Part shown: positions 37,153 to 45,127 of the stretch, piece by piece
Position numbering within the stretch: position 1 is the first letter of the stretch
Layout: every line of letters begins with the position of its first letter
NCBI GenBank assembly: GCA_049512075.1
Contig: JBEKXL010000019.1
Span: 1 to 45,127, forward strand
Length of the DNA stretch: 45,127 bases
Direction of reading: 5' to 3'
From: Candidatus Bathyarchaeia archaeon
GTDB lineage: Archaea; Thermoproteota; Bathyarchaeia; Bathyarchaeales; Bathycorpusculaceae
Notes under the pieces: generated by a model
Told to the model about the DNA's origin: nothing
The model's input: the letters and a program-made list of their open reading frames with translations, nothing else
Database searches by the model: none
Made by a program: the position numbers and the translations under genes

Positions 37153-37626
37153 TTGGCGAAGAAGAAGACTTGGTGTGAGAAACTTCAAGACAGCAAAGAC
37201 CTGCCAAGAGTCGAGAAAATTACTGAGAGGATGAGCAAGAAATGGGGAACAGGCACGGTGGTCATTCCAGCACCCATAGAAGTTGATGAGTTAATGAGAA
37301 GAGTGCCCGAGGGAAAATTGACTACAATAAACCACATTCGAGAAGCCCTGGCCAAGAAACACGAGGCCACAATCGGCTGTCCTATCACCACTGGCATTTT
37401 CGCTTCGATCGCAGCCCACGCAGCAGAAGAACAGAAACAGAAAGGACGAAACATCATTACTCCCTACTGGCGCACTCTCAAAGTCGGCGGTGTCATAAAC
37501 GAAAAATATCCTGGCGGCACAGAAGAACAGGAGAAACTCCTAACAAGAGAAGGGCACAAAGTGGTGCAAAAGGGTAAGAAGTACGTCGTGGTCGAATACG
37601 AGAAGTCGTTGACAAGGCTCTCCTAG
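37153..37626 (+). CDS. MGMT/ATL-family DNA-binding protein lacking the PCHR active cysteine
   Basis: VPEGKLTT, CPITTGIF, TPYWR, KYPGG...Q..LL..EGH. Confidence 0.85.
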   Translation: MAKKKTWCEKLQDSKDLPRVEKITERMSKKWGTGTVVIPAPIEVDELMRRVPEGKLTTINHIREALAKKHEATIGCPITTGIFASIAAHAAEEQKQKGRNIITPYWRTLKVGGVINEKYPGGTEEQEKLLTREGHKVVQKGKKYVVVEYEKSLTRLS

Positions 37627-37774
37627 CGTTTGCCTTCGTGCGCGCGCGCTGCCTACGATAAAAGACTATCTTCGATGCGCCCATTCTAGTTTATTGTAAA
37701 AGAACGTGCGTGCGCATCAGTAAAATGCTTTTTATGCTATTGCATCACATAAGCTAAGGGTGAGGTGGAGGATT

Positions 37775-38347
37775 ATGGAGTTTAAAGGAAGTCAAACTGA
37801 GAAGAATTTGTTGGCAGCGTTTGCTGGCGAATCTCAGGCTAGAACAAGATACAGCTTCTTTGCAAGTGCGGCTAGAAAGGAAGGCTTCGAGCAGATATCG
37901 GCCATTTTCCAAGAAACGTCTGACAACGAGAAGGAACACGCGCAACTCTTTTTTGAGCATCTTAGAGGAGGGACCGCGGAGATCACTGCGGGCTATCCTG
38001 CAGGCATCGTCGGTTCGACCGCACAGAATCTGAAGGCGGCTGCTGACGGCGAGAAGTTCGAGTGGGGGACACTTTACCCCGGCTTTGCTGAAGTGGCAGA
38101 GAAAGAAGGCTTTAAAGAAGCAGCTAGAACCTTTCGTCAGGTCGCAAAGGTGGAAGCATACCACGAGCGACGATACCTGAAACTTCTCGAAAACGTCGAA
38201 CAAAACAAGGTCTTCAAGAAAGACGCGCCGATAAAGTGGAAGTGTCGAAACTGCGGCTACGTGCATGAAGGCCCTGAAGCCCCCGAGAAATGCCCAGTTT
38301 GCGGTCACCCGAGAAGCTATTACGAAGTCTGGTGTGAAAACTACTGA
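37775..38347 (+). CDS. rbr: Rubrerythrin
   Basis: NLLAAFAGESQAR, NEKEHA, VEAYHE, C-terminal WKCRNCGY..CPVC. Confidence 0.96.
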   Translation: MEFKGSQTEKNLLAAFAGESQARTRYSFFASAARKEGFEQISAIFQETSDNEKEHAQLFFEHLRGGTAEITAGYPAGIVGSTAQNLKAAADGEKFEWGTLYPGFAEVAEKEGFKEAARTFRQVAKVEAYHERRYLKLLENVEQNKVFKKDAPIKWKCRNCGYVHEGPEAPEKCPVCGHPRSYYEVWCENY

Positions 38348-38413
38348 ACAGACAATCCAGAGATTCAGAATTTTAAGCGCTTCAAATTCGAAAGCTAACG
38401 CGCTCTGGGTGCG

Positions 38414-38683
38414 TTAGCCGATCAATTCGACGGATGTTCCGATAGCCCAGCCGGGTACTCCTTTGCGGAATTTGGCTTTGACCACGCCGTTCTTGCCGTG
38501 CAAACCGATGATTTCTCCGATAAGCTTTTTCTTTCCTTCCGTCCAAACCACTTTTCGCCCAATGAGTTGGCCTGCCTTAGAGACAGAATCCGCATCGGCA
38601 AATCGGATTAGACACCACTTTGACATTTGAGTTCTGATACCTATGCGATAGTTTGCTATCGTTCCATAAACAGGTTGAGACAC
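38414..38683 (-). CDS. rpl35ae: 50S ribosomal protein L35Ae
   Basis: G.I.NYR.G, LIGRKVVW, G.I...HG.NGVVKAKF..G.P..AIG. Confidence 0.93.
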   Translation of the reverse strand: MSQPVYGTIANYRIGIRTQMSKWCLIRFADADSVSKAGQLIGRKVVWTEGKKKLIGEIIGLHGKNGVVKAKFRKGVPGWAIGTSVELIG

Positions 38684-38851
38684 GAGCCTTCACCATTGCA
38701 ACACCTCCTGTAAAACACACAACTAGCTTTTAAATCTGCTTCGCCCCAACGCCCGCCAGCCACTCATCGACAATTCTTACACTTCTGAATCCGGCTCCCA
38801 CCCCAAAAAGCCGCTCGCGACTGGAAAACCGCCGCATAATCAGCCCCGATC

Positions 38852-38880
38852 GCGCATATCTGCGCATATCTTAATATGCG
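38852..38880. promoter_or_regulatory. Putative operator: tandem GCGCATATCT x2 and palindrome CGCATAT-N4-ATATGCG over a TATA-like TTAATA
   Basis: Read directly in the divergent intergenic region between rpl35ae and the SSB-like operon. Confidence 0.5.
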
Positions 38881-38997
38881 ACCAAGCGCATTACATTAAC
38901 AGGTAGAATTCTCTTAGAAAAGAATGCTGACAAAAGAGCCTCAGAAGGATTTGTCGTTTTCCTTGACCATTCTACTGAAGAATATTAGGTGGAAACT

Positions 38998-39189
38998 ATG
39001 GAATCAACAAACAAGCAGGCAAGCACACCTGTGCGATCATGGAGGAGCAGAGCGGGAATAGGACATCCGCCTAAAGTAGATTACTATGCTGAGCTGAACG
39101 CTTGGGTGCAACATGCAATAGTAGAAGCAGAAAAGAACAAAGACTTCAACAAGAAAAATCAGTTCCTAATCCTTCTAAAAGACCTCTGA
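38998..39189 (+). CDS. Small hypothetical protein
   Basis: 63 aa; AGGTGG RBS; upstream of the OB-fold gene. Confidence 0.65.
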   Translation: MESTNKQASTPVRSWRSRAGIGHPPKVDYYAELNAWVQHAIVEAEKNKDFNKKNQFLILLKDL

Positions 39190-39247
39190 AATTTGCTAGG
39201 AACGGATTCTACAATAGAAAAACACAGGAAAAAAGAGTGGAAAAACC

Positions 39248-39892
39248 TTGAGAAACAGAGTATCAGCCGGTGAGTATCTCGCTTTTCTTTCTGTAAAATA
39301 CGAAGTTGACCCTGACGTTCTTTTCAATGCGCTGATCTCAGCAGGAGAAAATCGAAAATCCAAGTGTGGGAACCTTTCCGTCGAACGTCGCGGTGAAACA
39401 CAAGACAAAGTCGTCTTTCTGATTTTGAAAGACTCCAAAGTTGTTGCACAGTTTCCTATATTCAAGGAATTCCTCTTGGAACGAGACAATCCAGTTAGAA
39501 GATTCATGAAGACCGACATGATCCGCAGACATTTGGTCAAGAAAAACAGGACGACACACTCCCTTCCCATAAGAGATTTGCGAACTGGAATGAGCCAGAT
39601 TAATCTGAAGGCCAAAGTCCTGGAGATTCCAGCATCAAAACTCGTCTTCACCCGTTTCGGAAACTACGCCAGCGTAGCAAACGCTCTGATAGCAGACGAA
39701 ACCGGTACAATCAAACTATGCCTCTGGAATGAACAAATAGGCTCCATCTCCATTGGAGACACCATTCAACTCGAGAATGCGCGAGCATCAACGTACAGAG
39801 GCGAAAGACAGTTAAACATTGGAAAAAAAGGAACACTGAACAACATCAAAAACATGGTAACCCAACAACCAGAAGCGCTGTGCAATTCTTAG
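39248..39892 (+). CDS. Single-stranded DNA-binding (SSB/RPA OB-fold) protein with N-terminal extension
   Basis: IRDL..GM..INLKAKVLE, IADETGTIKLCLWNEQ, GD.I..ENA...YRGE.QLNIG. Confidence 0.85.
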   Translation: MRNRVSAGEYLAFLSVKYEVDPDVLFNALISAGENRKSKCGNLSVERRGETQDKVVFLILKDSKVVAQFPIFKEFLLERDNPVRRFMKTDMIRRHLVKKNRTTHSLPIRDLRTGMSQINLKAKVLEIPASKLVFTRFGNYASVANALIADETGTIKLCLWNEQIGSISIGDTIQLENARASTYRGERQLNIGKKGTLNNIKNMVTQQPEALCNS

Positions 39893-39987
39893 GATGCGTC
39901 AAATCGGAAGGCTTGGATACAGAAAAAAGACTTTAGAACGGTGGACGAAAAAAACAATCTGACTTCAAGGCACGCGAGGAATGATGT

Positions 39988-40266
39988 ATGAAAATAGTAA
40001 AAGGCTGGAGAAGAATAGGCAACCAGAGAGGATACATAAACTGGACGACGGGACAAAATCTTGTCGTTACAAAGAAACAGTATGGAGAACACTACTTGGC
40101 ACTGCTGTTCCCGAGAATAAGGGATGATGAGGAAGGAAAGAAAATATCACCCGAGTTTCCGACAGAATCAAAAGCGGAATCATTTGCTATGGACTGGATG
40201 AACAAACATCCGAGAGGACAGGATGAGCCGCACGCGCGGTCATGTGACCAGTGTCAACAGTCTTAA
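39988..40266 (+). CDS. Hypothetical protein
   Basis: 92-aa ORF; GAGGA RBS; A.DWM.KHP.G motif; tail overlaps the feoB stop. Confidence 0.7.
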   Translation: MKIVKGWRRIGNQRGYINWTTGQNLVVTKKQYGEHYLALLFPRIRDDEEGKKISPEFPTESKAESFAMDWMNKHPRGQDEPHARSCDQCQQS

Positions 40267-42156
40267 TGCGACTCCGCCTAGAATTATTGCAAAGGCTATT
40301 TCAAACAGAGTTATGAACAGGGCCTTCTTCCCGCCAAACTCTCTTACCAGGGCGGAGATAGTAGCAACACAAGGTATGTAAAACATTGCTACCAAGGTGA
40401 AGACGACCATCTGAACCGGCGTCAAAGCCTGCAAGCCCGCTGGTGCAAGAAGGGCAGCGAGCAAAATGAGCGACAACTCCTTTCTCAGAACGCCGAATAT
40501 CAAGGTTACGCCCGTAATGACGGGCAATCCGAGCCACACAACAGTGACGGGGCTGAGCAAGTTTGCAACAGGGTTCAACAAGCCAAAAACATCCGCCGCC
40601 TTTATCACGAGGCTTCCAACAACTATCAAGGGAAAAGCTATTTTTACGAATTCTGCCAGCCTGAACCACGTCTCCTTCAACACAGTCTTAAGCTGCGGCA
40701 TCCTGTAATCAGCCATCTCCATTATCAGAGCGCTCGGCTCACCTGGCAGGACCCTGAAAGCCAACCGTCCGAGCGCGAAGATGACCAGCAAGTCGAAGAC
40801 ATAGAGGACTAAGGCCCACTGGATACCGATAAACCGACCCACAAGCCCCAGTATGATGACTGTGCGCGCGGCGCACGGCACGAGCGTCGTCACAAACGCG
40901 GCGAGTGTTCTCTCCCTTTGCGTTTCCATTATTCTGCATCCAAGGCATGCGGGAACGTTACAGCCGTAGCCGAGCATCATCGGAATGAACGCTTTTCCAT
41001 GCAGTCCTATCTTGTGCATCGCGTTGTCCATGAGGAATGCTATTCGGCTGAGGTAGCCCGAGTCCTCCAAGAAGTACAGAACGATGTAGAACGGGATTAT
41101 GTAGGGCAGCGCCACCGTCACGCCTGCTATAAGGCCCTCTGCAATGCCGCCCCAGACTAGGCTGCCCAAGATTCCGGTTCCGAATAGACTCGTGGACAGA
41201 GGTTGCAGCCTGTCGAGGAGGTTGCTCAAAAGGTTTGAGGCGTAATTTCCGAAGGTGAAGATGGAGTAGAAAATGAGAAGTAGCGACAGGGCCATGATGA
41301 GGTATCCTGCGAATTTGTGTGTCGTAATGCTGTGAAGCTTCTCTGCCCCCGTGGGTTTCAGAGGAGGCACCAGCTTCTGGGCCTGTCGGACAACGCGCCC
41401 GGCAGCCTCGTAACGCTCGGAGGTTATCACAGTTGAGCAGGGGTGGCCGTGGAGGTTCTCGATTTCGCCAGCAAGTTCTCTTGCTACGTCGACGGCCCGC
41501 GGTGCCAGTCTGGCGACCTCTCTTGCTATCTCCTCGTCACCCTCCAGCAGCTTGACGGCCACGTACCTCGGAGGGTAGTAGAATTGAACGCCTTGAAGAA
41601 TCTCATTAATCCTTGCGATCCTTTCTTCAACTTCTTCCCCGTACCTGACCTCGCACCTCATGGTCTGTCCCTTTTCGATGACCTCAACCGCCCTTTCGAG
41701 AAGTTCATATATGCCTATTCCCTTTGTGGCAACGGTCGTTATCACTGGCACTCCCAGAAGTTCTTCAAGCTTCTTCGTGTCGATTTCGATGCCCTTCCTC
41801 TTCGCGATGTCGACCTGATTCAACGCTACGATCATCGGAGTCTCGAGTTCCATCAGCTGCAGGGTGAAGAACAGGTTTCTCTCGAGGACCGAGGCGTCAA
41901 CGACGTTTATCACTAGGTCTGGCCTTTCAACCGCTATGTATTTTCTGGACACCAGTTCCTCCAGGGAATAGGTGGAAAGAGAGTATATGCCTGGAAGATC
42001 GACTATGTCTATCGTGTAGCCTTTGAAGCTGAGCGTCCCCTCCGCCCTTTCAACGGTTTTCCCAGGCCAGTTCCCGATGTGCTGATGCAGACCTGTGAGA
42101 TGGTTGAATATGACGGATTTTCCGACGTTCGCGTTTCCTGCCAACGCAATAATCAA
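40240..42156 (-). CDS. feoB: Ferrous iron transporter B
   Basis: [49 protein letters not shown]. Confidence 0.97.
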   Translation of the reverse strand: MIIALAGNANVGKSVIFNHLTGLHQHIGNWPGKTVERAEGTLSFKGYTIDIVDLPGIYSLSTYSLEELVSRKYIAVERPDLVINVVDASVLERNLFFTLQLMELETPMIVALNQVDIAKRKGIEIDTKKLEELLGVPVITTVATKGIGIYELLERAVEVIEKGQTMRCEVRYGEEVEERIARINEILQGVQFYYPPRYVAVKLLEGDEEIAREVARLAPRAVDVARELAGEIENLHGHPCSTVITSERYEAAGRVVRQAQKLVPPLKPTGAEKLHSITTHKFAGYLIMALSLLLIFYSIFTFGNYASNLLSNLLDRLQPLSTSLFGTGILGSLVWGGIAEGLIAGVTVALPYIIPFYIVLYFLEDSGYLSRIAFLMDNAMHKIGLHGKAFIPMMLGYGCNVPACLGCRIMETQRERTLAAFVTTLVPCAARTVIILGLVGRFIGIQWALVLYVFDLLVIFALGRLAFRVLPGEPSALIMEMADYRMPQLKTVLKETWFRLAEFVKIAFPLIVVGSLVIKAADVFGLLNPVANLLSPVTVVWLGLPVITGVTLIFGVLRKELSLILLAALLAPAGLQALTPVQMVVFTLVAMFYIPCVATISALVREFGGKKALFITLFEIAFAIILGGVALRLLTLVT

Positions 42157-42167
42157 TTTCTTCTGGG

Positions 42168-42884
42168 TCAGACTTTTTCAGCCTCAACGAAGATTATCTC
42201 GGTCATGCCCCTGCCAAGGGCTAGTCTCGAACCCCTTACGAGGATTTCTAGGGGGCCGTGAAACGGGGCTGACTTCACAACAGTTATCTCCGTGCCAGGA
42301 GTAAGGCCCATGTCAGAGAGCCTTTGCAGAACCTTGTGTTCTCCACGTATGAAGGATACTTTGCCGCGCTCGCCCTTCTTGAGTTGGTCTATCGAGACAG
42401 GGATAAGCTCTCGTTTTCCAGATTCCTCAAGGTCCTTCCTGTGCAGTTCTACGCATTCCTCGCAGGTCGAAAATGGCAGGTCACAGGCTGGAATAATCTT
42501 GTCGTCGTCTGGGCACCGGTCTGGGTGTTTTAGAAATCGGCAGAGGGACTCTTCGGCCTCATCAGATAGGGCGTGTTCCATCTCACAGGCTTCTGAGTGA
42601 ACTCTATCCTCCCTTATTCTTAGGACGTCATGCAGAAACCGTTCCAGCAACCGATGCTTTCTCGTAACTCTCTCAGCGACTTGAAAACCCTTGCGAGTAA
42701 GGTTGGCCCCGCGATACGGTGAATATCTCACATAACCTTTCTTGGCAAGCTTCTGCAACATCTCAGTCACACTTGCAGGTGCAATCTTGAAATGCTCTGC
42801 AATCTCGGTCGTGGATGTAGATTTTCCGTTTCGAGAAAGAATGTAAATCGCCTTCAAATAGTCTTCAATGCTCTTGCTCGACAT
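42168..42884 (-). CDS. DtxR/IdeR family metal-dependent repressor with C-terminal FeoA domain
   Basis: EDYLKAIY, SVTEM..KL, RKHRLLERFL, EACEMEH, CP; RL.DMGL.PG...GP....RGS..ALGR. Confidence 0.93.
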   Translation of the reverse strand: MSSKSIEDYLKAIYILSRNGKSTSTTEIAEHFKIAPASVTEMLQKLAKKGYVRYSPYRGANLTRKGFQVAERVTRKHRLLERFLHDVLRIREDRVHSEACEMEHALSDEAEESLCRFLKHPDRCPDDDKIIPACDLPFSTCEECVELHRKDLEESGKRELIPVSIDQLKKGERGKVSFIRGEHKVLQRLSDMGLTPGTEITVVKSAPFHGPLEILVRGSRLALGRGMTEIIFVEAEKV

Positions 42885-42900
42885 CGCATCACCGACGTTG

Positions 42901-42955
42901 TTTAGGCATACCTAAACTTCTTACGCAGCCTAATAAATCTTTAGGCATGCCTAAA
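42901..42955. promoter_or_regulatory. Tandem DtxR-type operators
   Basis: TTTAGGCATACCTAAA (42901-42916), TTTAGGCATGCCTAAA (42940-42955) and a degenerate TTACGCAGCCTAA between them, just upstream of the repressor start. Confidence 0.85.
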
Positions 42956-43316
42956 TGTTTTCTACATTATAAGGAGAAGCATTTTGCAGAAAAAGAGGAG
43001 TTCTGCGAAAGATATCTCCATTTAGCTAGCAAAAGGGAATTTGCAACATGGTTTTAGGAGATTACACGTGTTTTCTCTTTCTGAAGAGCCCAATGCCAAA
43101 AGAACGGATTCGCGTGGAATCTAGCCGATTGTTGCTTGTCCACGTTCTAGCGGCGGGCCACAAGCACTACATGTGCTTTTTGCTCGTCATCTTCGTTAGT
43201 TCAGTCACAACAGTTAATAACATGATTGGAGAAACCTTGGAGTCTTATCATACTCGAGGGAATGAGAAACGAGCGGTTCAGGGACTAAGATAGTTCTGAC
43301 TTCTTCAGCTACTGAG

Positions 43317-44828
43317 ATGAGCGACTACCACAACGATCCCTTTACCGCCTTTATCGCTGCATTTTCGAAAGGTCCAGTGCCACTTTGGATCCTAAGAAAA
43401 GCTCTTTATCCGTCTGTTGAAAGCAACTGCGACGGAAGTGCCAAGTACGCACCTTATGGTCTGAGAAAAGTCGAAGCCTTGCTGCTAGAAAACGGTTTTA
43501 CAGATTCAGATGTAGCGGTAGTTCACCCGTCGAACCTCGATGATTTCATCGGGCCCAATACGAAGGTTGTTGGCATTTCCTCAATGGATCCAACAGGAAT
43601 GGGATACGTCAGCAAGACATATTCTTCGCTGGTAGGCGGCGGAGCGCCATTGAATGCTGTTGAATTCGAAGCACTAGTAAGGCATCGGAGCATACAAAAA
43701 CACAAACCTAAGATAATTGTAGGCGGCTATGGTGCCTGGCAGGTTCAGCGAAAGAAAGTGGCAGAAAACTATGGAATAGACTGTGTCCTCATCGGCGGAG
43801 CCGCAGAGACCATCATTGATGTTTTCGACAAAGCAGTCAGCGGAGAACCCCTGCCGAAAGTAGTGCGCCCCGGAAACGGGTCAAAAGACAGAGATATGCC
43901 TCTGATTAGGCATGCGGCGATTCACGGTGGAGTAGAGATCTCTGAGGGATGCGGTCGAAATTGCCAGTTCTGCACACCTACCACGCAAGGCAGGAGTGAC
44001 GTGCCCTTGGACAAGGTCATGAAAGAAGTTGAGACGACTATCCGAGAAGGCGCGTCTCGCATAACATTGATAACTGAAGACTTGTTTCTGTATGGCGCGA
44101 AAGACAAGTGCTTCATACCAAACAAGGAAGCCGTGCTTAAGCTCGTCAGGAGCATAGCAAACTATCCCGGAGTCAAGGCGATACAGCCTTCGCACATGTC
44201 TTTGGCTCCTGTTGTTTATGATCCCAGTATGGTCCAGGAAATAGCCGAGATTCTCATCGATTATAACTGGTTTTACCATGAGCATAAGCCCATAGTGACT
44301 TCCGAAACTGGAATTGAAACCGGAAGCGTCAGGCTCATGCGGAAGTATATGGCTGGAAAGCCTTTGCCATTCAAGCCTGAGCAGTGGAAGGAAGTCGTCA
44401 CTCAAGCCTTTGGGATATTGAACGACAATAGTTGGTATCCCCTCGCCACATTGATAATCGGTCTCCCTGACGAAAGAGAGGAAGATGTAGCCGAAACGCT
44501 TGAACTGATGGATGATTTGAAAGACTACAATGCCTTCTATGTTCCCCTATTCTTCGTCCCGCTCGAAAACTGTCTCTTGATGAACAAACGTGGAGCTGAG
44601 ATTGATTCTCTCTCCAAAATTCGGTGGGAGTTTCTGACTCGTTGCTGGCAATACAACGTTCGAATCTGGCGACACACTTTCCTAGAGCACAGATTCACCA
44701 ACCCTATTCTCTACGAACTCGTGAAGCGAATGCTGATACCATACAGCGCCAGGGTCCTTGGAATCTACTACAGAATAAAGCACGGTGAAGCTATGATGGA
44801 CGCCATCTGGAAAATGGCAAACGCCTAA
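43317..44828 (+). CDS. B12-binding domain radical SAM protein
   Basis: APYGLRKVEA.L, VGISSMDP.G, IIVGG.GAWQ, GCGRNCQFC, GIETGS, LIIGLP.E; the true start may lie upstream (see findings). Confidence 0.93.
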   Translation: MSDYHNDPFTAFIAAFSKGPVPLWILRKALYPSVESNCDGSAKYAPYGLRKVEALLLENGFTDSDVAVVHPSNLDDFIGPNTKVVGISSMDPTGMGYVSKTYSSLVGGGAPLNAVEFEALVRHRSIQKHKPKIIVGGYGAWQVQRKKVAENYGIDCVLIGGAAETIIDVFDKAVSGEPLPKVVRPGNGSKDRDMPLIRHAAIHGGVEISEGCGRNCQFCTPTTQGRSDVPLDKVMKEVETTIREGASRITLITEDLFLYGAKDKCFIPNKEAVLKLVRSIANYPGVKAIQPSHMSLAPVVYDPSMVQEIAEILIDYNWFYHEHKPIVTSETGIETGSVRLMRKYMAGKPLPFKPEQWKEVVTQAFGILNDNSWYPLATLIIGLPDEREEDVAETLELMDDLKDYNAFYVPLFFVPLENCLLMNKRGAEIDSLSKIRWEFLTRCWQYNVRIWRHTFLEHRFTNPILYELVKRMLIPYSARVLGIYYRIKHGEAMMDAIWKMANA

Positions 44829-44902
44829 AAGTTTTAAGCACAGTCGGCTTCCACGGGTCAATGGTTAGAGGCAACGCGAGAGATGTCTCCACATGCGTGC
44901 CT

Positions 44903-44924
44903 GCGCGCATGTGTGTTCCTAAAT
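44903..44924 (+). repeat. Copy of the GCGCGC-anchored repeat end
   Basis: GCGCGCATGTGTGTTCCTAAAT vs GCGCGCATGCGTGTTCCTAAAA at 644-665: 20/22. Confidence 0.75.
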
Positions 44925-45017
44925 TCGGTGTTTAGGTGCAGGGAGGCGGAGCAGTGTTCTTGTGTCGTGTCGTTTGTGTGTGCGCGCAACGGGTTTAGGC
45001 TCCTCTATTTCAAGGGT

Positions 45018-45066
45018 GTGGGGGAAGAGAACCCCGGGGCTTGCCCCGGGCGGTGAATTCCCCCAC
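45018..45066. other. Very stable GC-rich nested hairpin
   Basis: GTGGGGGAA / TTCCCCCAC outer stem; CCCGGGG-CTTG-CCCCGGG inner stem. Confidence 0.7.
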
Positions 45067-45127
45067 TTAAGCCTTTATACTGAGCGTGTGTTACGAAAAT
45101 GTGGAGATAACCTTGGAGATGGAGGCC

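Noticed and set aside
38785-38805. GAATCCGGCTCCCACCCCA resembling a tRNA 3' end
   Set aside because: No T-arm GTTC, anticodon arm or matching acceptor 5' strand upstream.
43048-43293. 81-aa ORF upstream of the radical SAM gene
   Set aside because: No motif or RBS, and it overlaps the probable true N-terminus of the radical SAM gene.
5004-44405. Many antisense and alternate-frame ORFs in the track overlapping confident genes
   Set aside because: Shadow ORFs with no independent motifs or RBS.

Overview
Archaeal chromosomal segment, most likely Bathyarchaeia (TACK). This is inferred from L35Ae, a Cren7-like protein, archaeal CCA enzyme and Trm11, class II HMG-CoA reductase and dockerin/Ig-type surface modules. 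The first ~4.4 kb is an AT-richer accessory mosaic: gene fragments, an RHH/CopG gene pair, a PIN nuclease and orphans. The core includes Sec11, a Cren7-like protein, Lhr helicase, an aKMT-type lysine methyltransferase, the rnz-trm11-prs-hmgA-MBL nuclease-UPF0201-UPF0200 / thpR-cca cluster, an Ig-UppP fusion and a secreted peptidase-CARDB-dockerin protein. It also holds transporters, zinc-ribbon genes, rubrerythrin, rpl35ae, an SSB-like gene, a DtxR-feoB operon with operators and a B12 radical SAM enzyme. The most unusual signal is non-coding. All nine alternating (GC)n tracts of 8-10 bp that I found lie between genes or at the breakpoint of truncated genes, and a dispersed GCGCGC-anchored repeat (25-80 bp) often occurs as inverted pairs. 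This suggests an undescribed recombination, repair-scar or MITE system. No rRNA, tRNA, CRISPR array, transposase or integrase was found. All calls are from reading by eye; no database searches were run.
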